DNA of 64,000 nucleotides from an uncultured Acidobacteriota bacterium (GCA_963772255.1 CAVYWK010000022.1:149797-213796), one strand, 5' to 3'. Positions 26,704 to 39,354 are shown, counted from the first letter of the stretch. Numbers and translations are program-made. Notes: generated by a model not told the origin, from the sequence alone.

Positions 26704-27843
26704 TTAAGGGACCGTGAGAAGGTGCCGGTACAGTTCGTGGTGGGCCTGAGCCATCCGGTCCATGCTGAACTCCTCGATTCGCGCGCGGGCGGCCCCTGAA
26801 AGCCTTCGCGCCTCGACGGGGTCGCCCAGCAACCGCGCCAGAGCGGCGGCGAGGGCCTCCGGGGCTCCCGGAGGAACGATGAGGGCCTCCTGTCCGTGCC
26901 TCAAGATCTCCGAGGTCCCGCTCACATCCGTGGCCACCACCGGGACTCCCGCGGCGGCGGCTTCCTTGATGACCCCCGGTGATCCCTCTCCCGATAGTGA
27001 TGCCAAGGCGAGGACATCGAGGGCGGGGAACAGTTCGGCGGGCTCCTCAACATACCCGAGAAGCTTGAGGTTCACGCCGAGATCTTGAGCCTCCGCCGCC
27101 AATGACCCCCTCAGCGGGCCCTCTCCCGCCAAGACGAGCGTGGGGTCCTGGCCCTGATCCCGAAGCCTGGCGACGGCCTCCAGGAGAACCCGATGGCCCT
27201 TGTGCTCGACCAGTGCCCCCAAAGCGCCCACGGCCAGGATATCCGCAGGAATGCCGAATCGCTCTCGCGCCCAAGACCGGGTGGGCAACCGTTGGAACCG
27301 GGCGAGTTCCACGCCGCTGTGGATGGTCCGGACCCGATTTTCGTCAAGTCCCTGCGCGACCAGGCCTTCCCGAATCTCACCGCTAACCGCCACCACGGCA
27401 TCGGCCCGCCGGTACTTCCTGAGGGAGAGGGCGGACCGCAGGGCGAAGGAGACTCGCCGGCTCGCCACCACCTTGGGCCGGGACCTCATTCCCACCAATG
27501 CGAGGAGTGCCAGCCCCAGCGCATGTGCGGTATGGGCGTGGACCACTTGGGCACCGGAGGCTGCCACCCACCGGCGTAGCCCATACGCGGCGACCACATC
27601 CATCTCCCCCCGAGCCCGCCAGGGAATGACCGGGACCTGCTCCGCCCGAGCGCGCGCCAACAGCGGACCCCCGTCCCTAGCCGCCAGCAGACAGCGGGTC
27701 CCTCGGGAACGGAGCCCCCGGATGAGTCCCAGGGTCTGAATCTCGCCCCCGCGCATGGAGCGTTCGGTGTTCAGATGGAGGACATCGCATCGGAAGTCTT
27801 CGCGATCGGGTCCTGCCACGCTCCAGCCCTCCGCTTGATTCAT
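26704..27843 (-). CDS. Glycosyltransferase family 1 (GT4)
   Basis: GT-B C-terminal motif EGSPGVIKEAAAAGVPVVATDVSG...EA. Confidence 0.8.
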   Translation of the reverse strand: MNQAEGWSVAGPDREDFRCDVLHLNTERSMRGGEIQTLGLIRGLRSRGTRCLLAARDGGPLLARARAEQVPVIPWRARGEMDVVAAYGLRRWVAASGAQVVHAHTAHALGLALLALVGMRSRPKVVASRRVSFALRSALSLRKYRRADAVVAVSGEIREGLVAQGLDENRVRTIHSGVELARFQRLPTRSWARERFGIPADILAVGALGALVEHKGHRVLLEAVARLRDQGQDPTLVLAGEGPLRGSLAAEAQDLGVNLKLLGYVEEPAELFPALDVLALASLSGEGSPGVIKEAAAAGVPVVATDVSGTSEILRHGQEALIVPPGAPEALAAALARLLGDPVEARRLSGAARARIEEFSMDRMAQAHHELYRHLLTVP

Positions 27844-27961
27844 TTTTCGCGCACCCTGGTCCGAAAACCGTGGAAAGCCCCCGGCGCCGAGCCTCGAAAG
27901 CAGGGGATGGCTTCAGCCCATGAGCGCACCTGCGCCCTGGTCCCAGAGGGGGCCCAGGGCG

Positions 27962-28603
27962 CTACAGGGTCGGGTAGAGGGTAAGGATTTTGGCGACATA
28001 CAGACGGGTTTCGGGGAAATTGGGCACCGCGTTGAGGGCTTGGACCCGGCCGATGCCTGCGTTGTAGGCCGCGAGGGTCAACTCCAGATCGCCCTGGAAC
28101 GCATCCAGCATCTTCTTGAGGTAGTGGACGCCGCCCCGGATGTTCTCTTCGGGAGCGAAGGGGTTGACCACGCCCTCCTCCCGCTGCGTCTGGGGCATGA
28201 GCTGCATGAGCCCTTGAGCGCCTTTGGGAGAGATCGCGTTGGGATTAAAGTTGCTCTCCACCTTGATGACCGCCGCCACGAGCTTCCAGTCCATCTGGTA
28301 CTGCTGGCAGTATTTGGCGATGAGGTCCCTGTAGGGCAAGTCCTTGGGCAGCTTCTCCTCGGGCTGGCTCAGGCCTGGGGGGGGCACGTATCCCGGGTAG
28401 TGGTTCTGGATGAGGGTCGCAGGGATGCCCATGGCACCCCCTCCCGGAAGGGTCAGGAGGACCTGGCCGTCGCTCTCCTCGTAACGTTCCACGACCAGAG
28501 AGCGCTCCGACTGGAAGACCACCAACTCCATGGCAAAGGCCCCCGCGCTGGCGCCCATGAGGATTGCCGAGAGGGCCATCCCGAACAGACGGCGGGGCCT
28601 CAT
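27962..28603 (-). CDS. Lytic transglycosylase (SLT domain, MltE-like), signal peptide
   Basis: IKVESNFNPNAISPKGAQGLMQLMPQT and AAYNAGIGRV motifs. N-terminal signal peptide. Confidence 0.8.
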   Translation of the reverse strand: MRPRRLFGMALSAILMGASAGAFAMELVVFQSERSLVVERYEESDGQVLLTLPGGGAMGIPATLIQNHYPGYVPPPGLSQPEEKLPKDLPYRDLIAKYCQQYQMDWKLVAAVIKVESNFNPNAISPKGAQGLMQLMPQTQREEGVVNPFAPEENIRGGVHYLKKMLDAFQGDLELTLAAYNAGIGRVQALNAVPNFPETRLYVAKILTLYPTL

Positions 28604-29418
28604 GTGAGTTCTCCCAGGGAGGCCACGAAGCGATCCTGTCCGCTGGGGTGGAAGGCCCCGAATTTGGGATCCAGAAGGACCCGTTTCCCGTCCTCCGGTG
28701 ACAAGTCCTTGTATATCAACGAAATCGTCGGGGTCTTGGCGTGCGCTTCGCGCAAGAACGCCGCCAGACTCTTCAGGAGCTTGTAGGTCAGCCGCCTGGG
28801 CGGCTCGATGTTGCGAGAGCCTCCCATGAGCTTCTTGAAGGTGCTTTTGAACAGCCCCGCCGTGGCGGGCGGAATTTGGTTATAGCGGTGAAAGAGTTCT
28901 TGGAATCGCTTTTTTTGGTCCCCGGGAACATAATCGGCGACCGCAAGGGAGGGGCTGGCGGGATCCTCCGTGAGATACAGGGCGATGTAGGTTCCCGGCC
29001 GGTCCCACCGTATGGCCGGGTCAACCGGCTCCGCGGCGCTCCCCGCCAGCAATCCGTAATGCGGGTCGATCCGGAAAAGGGAGGGCTGGCCATTCTTCCG
29101 TAGGAATTGCCTGAGCCGAAGGGCCAAATCCCTCAGCGCCGATGCCGCGCTGCTCGGGGCGTGCACGAGCAGAAAGGATTCCGCCTGCAGCGAAAGAGCG
29201 TCGGTTTCCTGCAGGAGATAGAGCGTCAACGGGAGATTCGCACCCTCCGGCCCTGCGTTCCAATCGGACTGGAAGCGGGCTTCCTTCAAATTGCGAGCTG
29301 GCGGCAAGAATCCCGTGCGCACATCCGTCTCGTACTGCATCAGACAGATGAGAAAGTCCTCGAGGGGAACCTGGTCGTAGCGAAGGGTCGTCCCAACGGG
29401 CAAAAAGCGCCTCCTCAC
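28600..29418 (-). CDS. Hypothetical protein, translationally coupled to the downstream lytic transglycosylase
   Basis: 272 aa ORF with a 4 nt overlap with the SLT gene. No recognisable motifs. Confidence 0.45.
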   Translation of the reverse strand: MRRRFLPVGTTLRYDQVPLEDFLICLMQYETDVRTGFLPPARNLKEARFQSDWNAGPEGANLPLTLYLLQETDALSLQAESFLLVHAPSSAASALRDLALRLRQFLRKNGQPSLFRIDPHYGLLAGSAAEPVDPAIRWDRPGTYIALYLTEDPASPSLAVADYVPGDQKKRFQELFHRYNQIPPATAGLFKSTFKKLMGGSRNIEPPRRLTYKLLKSLAAFLREAHAKTPTISLIYKDLSPEDGKRVLLDPKFGAFHPSGQDRFVASLGELT

Positions 29419-29449
29419 CAGTAATCATGGGCTTGGGCGGCTTGCCCTG

Positions 29450-30004
29450 TCAAACGCGTGGGGGGCCTAGGCGCCGGAGGGCATCCACCAATCCGATGCC
29501 CAAGCGCATGAGTTTCCTGGCCATTTCTGGGTCTAAGAGTTGTCCGTCCTGATCCCAGGCCTTCGCCGAAGACGCCAGCGATACCTCCTCGGGAAGGGTC
29601 CAAAGATGGAGGGAGCGAGCCACCATCCGAAGCGTGATGAGCGTGCCCGCCGCGCCTTGGCGACCGCCCGAGGTGGCCATGAAGGCCACCCACTTGCCTT
29701 CGGTATGTTCTCTGGAGAGATAGTCCAGGGCGTTTTTGAGCATTCCGGAACAGGTTCCGTGGTACTCGGGTGTTCCCCAGAGAAACCCCCGGGCCCGATG
29801 GGCCGCGCCGAGGTATTCCGCCACTGCCGGAGGATTGTCCCCCCCGGTTCCCAGGACGGGTAGCTTGCCCATCCAGGGGTCGGCCCACACGGGGACCCCT
29901 CCAGCCCTCACGATCCCCTCAGCCGCCACTTCCAGAGCGCGGTGGGTGGAGGAATCGGGCCGCGGGCTCCCACAGAGAATCAGGACTTCCAAAGGTCCAT
30001 CCAC
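29450..30004 (-). CDS. NAD(P)H-dependent FMN reductase (flavodoxin-like fold)
   Basis: LILCGSPRPDSSTHRALEVA and TPEYHGTCSGMLKNALDYLS motifs. Confidence 0.75.
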   Translation of the reverse strand: MDGPLEVLILCGSPRPDSSTHRALEVAAEGIVRAGGVPVWADPWMGKLPVLGTGGDNPPAVAEYLGAAHRARGFLWGTPEYHGTCSGMLKNALDYLSREHTEGKWVAFMATSGGRQGAAGTLITLRMVARSLHLWTLPEEVSLASSAKAWDQDGQLLDPEMARKLMRLGIGLVDALRRLGPPRV

Positions 30005-30167
30005 GGGCGATCTCCAGGTCAGCCGGTGGGCGCGAGGCCCGTCAGAACCACAACATCTAGAGCCAAACCCTCTGAAAATACCACCGCCTGAGGTTTTTCA
30101 AAGGGCCCCCTCATTCAAAGCATGACTGGCCTTGACTTCCTCGGCCTGGTTCCTTACGCTCTCTTAC

Positions 30168-30887
30168 ATGGCGAGCGTTTGCGCGACGATTCCCGCTCAG
30201 GTCGACGAGGTGAGGCGCCTCCTGGCGGAGGCCGCCGGGCGCGCGGGACGTCCCGTACAGGATATCACGCTCATGGCCGCGGTAAAGTCGCGCTCGCCGG
30301 AGGAGATCCACGAGGTTCTGGCCGCCGGCCTCACGGTCCTGGGAGAAAACCGCATTCAGGAGGGGCTGGGACACCTGGAGGCGCTCGGCTCACTCCGGCG
30401 ATCCACCTTTCGCGCTCACTTCATTGGGCGACTCCAGAGCAACAAGGCCCGCCGGGCCGTGCAGGCTTTCGATTCCATCGACTCCGTCGACAGCCTTCGG
30501 CTGGCCCAGATCCTCTCCCGCCTGGCCCTGGAGTGCAAGATCACGCTCGACATTCTGCTCGAAGTAAACCTCGGCGAGGAAAGCCAGAAGGGGGGTGTTC
30601 CTCCCGAAGAAACCCGGGGGCTGGCCGAGTCGGTTCACCACCTGCCTGGATTGACCCTCACGGGGCTCATGGGGGTCTGCCCCTACGATGAGGACCCCAG
30701 AGCCTCAAGGCCCTACTATCGCAGCATGGCCCAGCTATTCGACCGCGTCCGCGGGGACCATCCCCGGCCCGAAGCGTGTCGGTGGCTTTCCATGGGAATG
30801 AGTCACGACTTTGAAGTCGCCGTTGAGGAGGGGGCCACCCTGGTGCGCGTGGGGCAGGCTCTCTTCGGCCCGAGGAGGCCCGCATGA
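30168..30887 (+). CDS. yggS: YggS-family pyridoxal-phosphate homeostasis protein
   Basis: MAAVKSRSPEEIHEVLAAGLTVLGENRIQE and HFIGRLQSNK motifs. Followed by a DivIVA-domain gene, as in ylmE-divIVA clusters. Confidence 0.85.
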   Translation: MASVCATIPAQVDEVRRLLAEAAGRAGRPVQDITLMAAVKSRSPEEIHEVLAAGLTVLGENRIQEGLGHLEALGSLRRSTFRAHFIGRLQSNKARRAVQAFDSIDSVDSLRLAQILSRLALECKITLDILLEVNLGEESQKGGVPPEETRGLAESVHHLPGLTLTGLMGVCPYDEDPRASRPYYRSMAQLFDRVRGDHPRPEACRWLSMGMSHDFEVAVEEGATLVRVGQALFGPRRPA

Positions 30888-31384
30888 CCATTCGTAAGCC
30901 GCTGTCCCCTATCGAGATCCAGTCCAATGAGTTCCGACGCGTGTTCCGGGGCTTCGACCCCGAAGAGGTGCGGCTCTTCCTCCAGGCCGTGGCCGAATCC
31001 CATCAGGCGCTGATCCTTGAAAAGACCCAGCTCGCCCAGAGTTCGGAACACCTCCAGGCGGCCCTGGACGAGTTCCGCCGCCGGGAAAATGTCCTCAAGG
31101 ATGCCCTTTACACGGCTCAGCGTACGGCGGACGAGGTCAAGACTCAGGCCATGCGCGAGGCCCAGAGCATCGTACAGGAGGCCCAGGTTCGCGGCGAAGC
31201 CTATGTCCAGCAGGCCCAGCTTCGGGCCCACCAGATGGAGCGAGGGATATTGGACCTCAAACTCGAACGGGAAAACGCCCTCAGCTCCCTGCGAGAGCTC
31301 CTGCGCCGGACCCAGAACCTTCTGGAGGTTTTGGAGCATCCCATGGGCGGCGAGGTGGCCACCCTCTACAAGGACAACGCTTGA
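30884..31384 (+). CDS. DivIVA-domain protein
   Basis: N-terminal DivIVA motif LSPIEIQSNEFRRVFRGFDPEEVRLFL. Overlaps the yggS stop (ATGA). Confidence 0.75.
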   Translation: MTIRKPLSPIEIQSNEFRRVFRGFDPEEVRLFLQAVAESHQALILEKTQLAQSSEHLQAALDEFRRRENVLKDALYTAQRTADEVKTQAMREAQSIVQEAQVRGEAYVQQAQLRAHQMERGILDLKLERENALSSLRELLRRTQNLLEVLEHPMGGEVATLYKDNA

Positions 31385-32632
31385 GCCACACCTTCGACCT
31401 CCTGGTTGGCCCCATCGGCTGCCTGGTCCCCTGCCATGCGCCGGCCCCCAGGCTGGGGTCGGATCTGCGTGATCTGCCGACAATCTCCGGCGGGGCCGTG
31501 GGCATCCAGGGCGGACGGATCACCTTCGTGGGCACCTACGCGGAGGTTTACGGTGCCTCGACCCTTCAGCGTCTGGATGCCTCGGACTGCACGGTCCTCC
31601 CCGGGCTGGTAGACCCCCACACCCATGTGCCCTTCCTGGGAGACCGCGCCAAGGAACTGGTCCAGCGCCTGGGGGGGAAGACCTACATGGAGATCGGCCG
31701 GGAGGGCGGGGGGATCGTGAGCACCATGAGATCGGTCCGGCAAGCCGCTCCGGAGGAATTGCTGGCCTCGGCTCGCAACCTGGCTTCCCGGTTCCTTGCC
31801 CATGGCGTCACGACCTTCGAAGCCAAGAGCGGATATGGATTGGACATCCCTAACGAAATCAAGCAGTTGAACGTGCTGAGGACCCTGGCCGAGGAGGGAC
31901 CTCAGACCATCGTCCCCACCTGCCTGGGCGCCCACTTCGTCCCCCCGGAATTCAAGGCCGACCCCGGAGGCCTATGTGGACCTGCTCTGCGACCAGCTCC
32001 TCCCGGAGGTGGCCCGGAGGGGTCTCGCCCGGTTCTGCGATGTCTTTTGTGAGGAGGGGGCGTTTACCCTCGATCAGTCCAGGCGTATCCTTATCACAGG
32101 GAAAGGGTTAGGTCTCATGCCGCGACTTCATGCGGACGAGATCGAAGATACGGGCGGCGCCGCGCTTGCCGCGGAAGTGGGCGCCGTGAGCGCGGATCAC
32201 CTCATGGCAGTTTCCGACTCGGGCATCGAAGCCATGTCGAGGGCCGGCGTCTGCGCCACGCTCTTGCCGGGAACCTCGTTTTACCTTCGAAAGGCCTACG
32301 CGCCGGCCCGAAAGTTCGTGGAGGCGGGGTGTCCCGTGGCGCTCTCTACGGACTGCAACCCGGGATCCTCCTACACCACCAACCTCCTCCAAATCGCCAC
32401 CCTCGGCGTCTTCGCCCTGGGGCTCATGCCGGAGGAAGCTCTCTGGGCCGTCACGCTCAATGCGGCCTACGCGCTTCGCGAACACGACCGGGTCGGATCC
32501 CTCGCCCCCGGGAAGCGCGCGGACCTCAGCATCTGGAGCGTCCCCTCCTACCTGCACCTGTTTTATCCCTACGCCGAGAACCCGCTGAGAGCCGTCGTCT
32601 GTGGCGGGCGCGCCTCGGACTTCACGGCCTGA
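31381..32632 (+). CDS. Imidazolonepropionase-like amidohydrolase (HutI family), with a frame break near 31960-31985
   Basis: DPHTHVPF, SGYGL, GAHFVPPE in the 31381 frame. LHADEI...STDCNPGSS...SLAPGKRADL continues in the 31976 frame. No other hut genes are adjacent. Confidence 0.65.
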
Positions 32633-32691
32633 CTTCTCTCACCCCTCGCTTCACTCTATACTGCTTTGGGCTATTTCGCGGGGGGATTGGC

Positions 32692-33675
32692 ATGATGAGA
32701 CAGGTACGGGTGGTGGCGCTGGGAGGAGGCACGGGACTCCCCGTGCTCTTGGCGGCGCTCAAGCCCGAACCGGCCACGCCCCCAGGAGAGATCTTCGACC
32801 TGACCGCCATCGTCACCGTGGCGGACGACGGGGGATCCTCGGGACGAATTCGCCGCGAGCTTGGCCTGGTGGCGCCCGGGGACATCCGGAACTGCCTGGT
32901 GGCCCTCTCCGACGCCCCGGAAATCCTGCGCACGCTTTTCCAGTATCGCTTCACCCAGGGCGAACTCGAAGGGCACTCCTTCGGCAACCTCTTCATCGCA
33001 GCTCTGGCAGAGGTCTCGGGGGACTTTGCCGGGGCCATAAGCCACCTTCACGACATCCTGGCCATCCGGGGGCGAATCTTCCCCTCCACCCCCGATGACA
33101 TCCACCTCGTGGCCGACCTTGAGGACGGCTCCGTGGTCCACGGTGAGGCCGCCATCACCCGATCTGCACCGCCCGTCCGTCGTGTGCGCCTGGAACCTCA
33201 GGAGTGCCGCGCCCTTCCCGCGGCCAGCGAGGCCCTCCGCAACGCCGATCTTGTCCTCCTCGGCCCGGGTTCCCTCTTCACCTCCGTCTTGCCCAATTTG
33301 CTGGTGACCGAGCTGGCCGAGGCCCTGCACTCTTGCCGGGGCAGGAAGGTTTACCTGTGTAACCTTGCCACGCAGCCCGGCGAAACGGACGGCTACACCG
33401 CCTCCGAACACTTGACCGCGCTTATGGACCACGTGGGGCCGTGGGTGTGTGACACGGTCCTGTGCAACTGCGCACCCCTGCCGCCCGACCTTCAAGAGCG
33501 ATACTCCAAGGAGAAGGCCCGTCCCGTCGAGGTGGACATCCCGAAACTTCACGCGCTGGGGGTCCGCGTGGTCTGTGCCGACCTCCTGTCGGCGGGTGCC
33601 TACGCCCGCCACGACCCCATCAAACTCAGGGCCCAGCTGTTGAGTCTCGCCCGAAGCACCGTGGAGGCTGCATGA
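32692..33675 (+). CDS. YvcK/CofD-family gluconeogenesis factor (UPF0052)
   Basis: VALGGGTGL...VTVADDGGSSGRIRRELG motif. Confidence 0.8.
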   Translation: MMRQVRVVALGGGTGLPVLLAALKPEPATPPGEIFDLTAIVTVADDGGSSGRIRRELGLVAPGDIRNCLVALSDAPEILRTLFQYRFTQGELEGHSFGNLFIAALAEVSGDFAGAISHLHDILAIRGRIFPSTPDDIHLVADLEDGSVVHGEAAITRSAPPVRRVRLEPQECRALPAASEALRNADLVLLGPGSLFTSVLPNLLVTELAEALHSCRGRKVYLCNLATQPGETDGYTASEHLTALMDHVGPWVCDTVLCNCAPLPPDLQERYSKEKARPVEVDIPKLHALGVRVVCADLLSAGAYARHDPIKLRAQLLSLARSTVEAA

Positions 33676-35120
33676 GCCGAACCATCGTCGTCCTGGCCGC
33701 AGGGCAGGGCACTCGCATGAAATCGCCCCGGGCCAAAGTCCTGCACCCCATCATGGGGAGGCCTCTCCTGGCGCACCTCCTTGAGACCCTCAGGCCCCTG
33801 GGCGCGCAGAGGACGGTGGTGGTCGTGGGCCACCAGGCCGAGGCCGTCGCCGAAGTCGCGCGGCGCTTTGGGGCGGAGACGGTAGTCCAGGAGCCCCAGA
33901 AGGGGACGGGACACGCCCTCATGTGCTGCCGGGAAACCCTCGGGAGCGACCCGCCGGGCGAGGTTCTCCTGGTGGCGGGTGATGTCCCGCTCCTCCCTTT
34001 GGATGAGATCGCCGCCTTCTGGGACGAGTTCTCCTCCGGGGAAGCGGAAGCGGCCGTCGTGAGCCTCACCCTCGACCGCCCCCACGGGTACGGCCGGATC
34101 CTGAGGGACGATGGCGGGCACCTCCACCGCATCGTCGAGGAAAAAGACGCCCGCCCCTCGGAGAGAACGATCACCGAGGTGAACTCGGGAGTCTATTTTC
34201 TTAGGACGCCCGATGTCTTTGCCCACCTTGAGACCCTCGGGACGGACAACGCTCAGGGAGAGTTCTACCTCACCGATGTGTTCGCCCGCCTCGCCGAACT
34301 CGGTTCCCCGGCGCGGCTGTGCCGGGCGTCGGATCCGGAGCGATGGCTGGGGGTCAACTCGCAGTCAGAACTCGCGCATTCTACCCAGCGCCTCCGCCGC
34401 CATATCGTGGAGGATTGGATGGCCCGCGGTGTCACCGTCCTCGATCCCGATTCGGTCTGGGTCGAGCCATCGGTCCGGCTCGAGCCCGGGGTGATGCTCC
34501 ATCCCCATGTCCGCCTCTGCGGTGAGACCGTCCTCACGGCGTGCTCCGAAGTGAGGTCATTCTCGGTTCTGCACTCCACGTACCTCGGCCCCGGAACTCT
34601 CGTCAAGGAACACTGCGTGCTCGAGGAGACCAAGGTTGGCGCCGAGTGCCTCCTCGGACCCTTCTGCCACACGAGGGAGGGCACGATCCTGGGTGACCGT
34701 GTGCACTTGGGCAATTTCGTGGAGACGAAGAAGGCCGTCCTGCACGACGGCGTCAAGGCCAACCATCTTTCCTACCTCGGAGATGCCGCCGTAGGCGCGG
34801 GTTCCAATATCGGGGCGGGGACCATCACCTGCAACTACGACGGCGTCCACAAGCACCGGACGGTGTTGGGCGAGAAGGTTTTCATCGGGAGCGATACCCA
34901 GCTGGTGGCTCCCGTGACCATTGGAGATGGGGCCTACATCGGGGCGGGAACCACGGTGACCAAAAATATCCCCGCCGGTGCTCTGGCAATCTCGAGGGTG
35001 CCCCAGCGTAACATCGAAGGGTGGGCGACCAGAAAGAAAGAGCGGGAGAGCGGCAGAGTCGGGGAGGCGGGGAAACAGGGGTCAACGAGGCAGCGAGCCA
35101 GCGAGCCAACGAAACCTTGA
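33672..35120 (+). CDS. glmU: Bifunctional UDP-N-acetylglucosamine pyrophosphorylase / GlcN-1-P acetyltransferase
   Basis: N-terminal LAAGQGTRMKS nucleotidyltransferase motif and C-terminal left-handed beta-helix hexapeptide repeats. Overlaps the yvcK stop. Confidence 0.9.
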   Translation: MSRTIVVLAAGQGTRMKSPRAKVLHPIMGRPLLAHLLETLRPLGAQRTVVVVGHQAEAVAEVARRFGAETVVQEPQKGTGHALMCCRETLGSDPPGEVLLVAGDVPLLPLDEIAAFWDEFSSGEAEAAVVSLTLDRPHGYGRILRDDGGHLHRIVEEKDARPSERTITEVNSGVYFLRTPDVFAHLETLGTDNAQGEFYLTDVFARLAELGSPARLCRASDPERWLGVNSQSELAHSTQRLRRHIVEDWMARGVTVLDPDSVWVEPSVRLEPGVMLHPHVRLCGETVLTACSEVRSFSVLHSTYLGPGTLVKEHCVLEETKVGAECLLGPFCHTREGTILGDRVHLGNFVETKKAVLHDGVKANHLSYLGDAAVGAGSNIGAGTITCNYDGVHKHRTVLGEKVFIGSDTQLVAPVTIGDGAYIGAGTTVTKNIPAGALAISRVPQRNIEGWATRKKERESGRVGEAGKQGSTRQRASEPTKP

Positions 35121-35203
35121 GCGGATGGCTTTGGGCTGACCGCCGACGCTGATAGCTGATAGCTGGTTTTCCAAGCCTTCTCTATCCATCGGAGAACAAT
35201 GAG

Positions 35204-37030
<1,827 letters not shown>

Positions 37031-37182
37031 GGGTTCATCGCGCCGAATGGGGAGCGGGTTCGCCCAACATGAGGCGAGACCCCGGGAGGCGCCAACGACA
37101 AGCCTGGCTTTGCTTCTTCCTTCAAAGTGGAGTAAATTAGTAACCTTATGCGATCGTGTGCCCGCCGCACTGGAGGTTTATT

Positions 37183-38019
37183 TTGAAGCGAGAGATGGTC
37201 CTCATCGACGAGGAGAAGTGCGACGGGTGCGGGGCATGCATCCCCGGGTGTCCCGAGGGCGCGCTCCAGGTCATCGACGGCAAGGCTCGCCTCGTGAGCG
37301 ATCTGCTCTGCGATGGCCTGGGTGCGTGCGTGGGAGAGTGCCCCCAGGGGGCCCTCACGGTGGAATCGAGGGAGGCCGAAGCCTACGACGAGCGCAGGGT
37401 GATGGTCCACATGGCCGAGGCGGGAGCCAACACGGTGAAGGCGCACCTTTCGCACCTTCTGAACCACGGTCAGGTGGAATACCACGCTCAGGCTTTGGCG
37501 TGGCTCAAGGAGAACGGCATGGAGATTCTCAAGGACGGCGCCGGAGCCCCCGGCCAGGGCGGCGGATGCCCCGGATCAAGAGCCGTGGCCTTCGCACGGG
37601 AGGATGCGGCGGCCGCGAGCCTCCAGGGCACGCGCCCTTCCCAACTCACCCATTGGCCGGTGCAAATGCACCTTCTGAACCCGGGGTCACCTCATTTTCG
37701 GCATTCCGATTTCCTGCTGGCCGCGGACTGCGTGGCCTTCGCTCTGGGCGATTTCCACAAGGACTACCTGAAGGGGAAGACCCTCGGAATCGCTTGCCCC
37801 AAGCTGGACGAGGGACAGAATTCCTACGCCGAAAAATTGAAGGCCTTGGTCGAGCAGGCGGAGATCAACACGCTCACGGTCATGATCATGCAGGTGCCCT
37901 GCTGCCGGGGACTCCTGGCCATGGTCCAACAGGTCGTGTCGGCGGCCTCCCGCAAGGTCCCGGTCAAGGCCATCGTCGTGGGCCTGCAGGGGGAAATCCT
38001 GCAGGAGGGTTGGGTTTAG
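37183..38019 (+). CDS. 4Fe-4S dicluster ferredoxin-domain protein with an uncharacterised roughly 200 aa C-terminal domain
   Basis: CDGCGACIPGCP and CDGLGACVGECP cluster motifs. TTG at 37183 is 6 nt after GGAGG (alternative ATG at 37195). Confidence 0.6.
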   Translation: MKREMVLIDEEKCDGCGACIPGCPEGALQVIDGKARLVSDLLCDGLGACVGECPQGALTVESREAEAYDERRVMVHMAEAGANTVKAHLSHLLNHGQVEYHAQALAWLKENGMEILKDGAGAPGQGGGCPGSRAVAFAREDAAAASLQGTRPSQLTHWPVQMHLLNPGSPHFRHSDFLLAADCVAFALGDFHKDYLKGKTLGIACPKLDEGQNSYAEKLKALVEQAEINTLTVMIMQVPCCRGLLAMVQQVVSAASRKVPVKAIVVGLQGEILQEGWV

Positions 38020-38061
38020 GCCCGAGGCGGTCGTCCCCCCCAAAGACCACCCCGCATACTC

Positions 38062-39354
38062 CTAAAGGATGATCGTGCGTCTCGGTTTTCCGAGGGCTTT
38101 CTCGATCTCGCCTGGATCGCGGGGAGCGTGCGTCATGCACTCGGCACCCCGGGGCGTGATGAGGATGTCGTCCTCGATGCGGACGCCCAATTCCTCCTCT
38201 GCGATGTAGATTCCCGGCTCGATGGTGATGACCACGCCGGGCTCCAAGGGCTTGTCATAGGAACCCGCGTCATGGGGATCCAAGCCCAAATAGTGGCTCG
38301 TTCCGTGGAAAAAATAGGGGCCAAGTCCCGCCTTGGCGATGACCTCCGCGGCGGCCTGGTGGACATCCTTGACCATGGCGCCCGGCTTGGCCGCGGATAG
38401 GGCTTCGTCCTGGGCCTTGAGTACCGTGTCGTAGACCCTGCGTTGGCGCTTGGTGAACTTGCCCGACACGGGGTAGGTGCGCGTGATGTCGGCGCAGTAG
38501 AAGCCCTTCCGTGCACCGATGTCGCATACGACCAGATCGCCCTTCCTGGTCCTTCGCCGGTTCTTGTCGTAGTGAAGCGTGCAGGAGAAGGGACCCGAGC
38601 CGATGATGCTGGGAAATGCGGAGGACTCCGCGCCCATGACCTTGAAGACATACTCCACCAGGGCCTGGATCTCGAATTCGCTCATGCCGGGAGCGAGGTG
38701 GCCCAGCACGGCCCCGTGGGCCTCGTCGGTGATGGCCATGGCGGCACGCATGGCCCCGATCTCCGTCTCGTCCTTGACGAGGCGCATGTCACCCACCAGG
38801 CGTCCCGCGTGCCGCATCTGCAGGTGCGGGTGGCTCGCCCGGAGGCGGGCCGCGAAATGACCGGTCCAGTCCACCTGGCCCGGGACGGTGTCCTCGGCGA
38901 AATTGAGGTAAACCGCCTCCACCTCGCGCAGAGGTCGGACCAAGACGTCTTCCAGCTGTTGAAAAATGCCCACATTGGCCTGCCCGGAGACCTTCATGGC
39001 TTCCTTCCTCAGGGCGTCGGGTTCGCAGCCGGCGGTCAAGTTCCCCGCCGAAAGGACCTTCCCGGTCCAGCGCTCCTTAGCCGGATCCGTGGCCGGCAGG
39101 AGGAGTGCCTCCGAATCGAGTCGGGGGGTAACGGCCATGAACAGGAGCGCGCCCGGGCTCTGGACGCCCGTCAGATAGTAGAAGGTCGAATCGGGGGTGA
39201 AGGGCGTGAGGTTCTTCTCTTCGCCCGAAAAAACGAGCGCCATGGCGGGTCGCCCGCCGCAATCTTCTTTCAATAGCGCCTTGAAGCGCTCCCGGCGGGC
39301 GGCGAAAACCTCTTCAGCCTTGGCCGGAACGCGTTTGTGGGGACGGGCGGTCAC
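38062..39354 (-). CDS. Xaa-Pro aminopeptidase (M24 family)
   Basis: Pita-bread fold metal-binding residues (CDIGARKGFYCADITRT, HGLGL, EPG). Confidence 0.8.
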   Translation of the reverse strand: MTARPHKRVPAKAEEVFAARRERFKALLKEDCGGRPAMALVFSGEEKNLTPFTPDSTFYYLTGVQSPGALLFMAVTPRLDSEALLLPATDPAKERWTGKVLSAGNLTAGCEPDALRKEAMKVSGQANVGIFQQLEDVLVRPLREVEAVYLNFAEDTVPGQVDWTGHFAARLRASHPHLQMRHAGRLVGDMRLVKDETEIGAMRAAMAITDEAHGAVLGHLAPGMSEFEIQALVEYVFKVMGAESSAFPSIIGSGPFSCTLHYDKNRRRTRKGDLVVCDIGARKGFYCADITRTYPVSGKFTKRQRRVYDTVLKAQDEALSAAKPGAMVKDVHQAAAEVIAKAGLGPYFFHGTSHYLGLDPHDAGSYDKPLEPGVVITIEPGIYIAEEELGVRIEDDILITPRGAECMTHAPRDPGEIEKALGKPRRTIIL

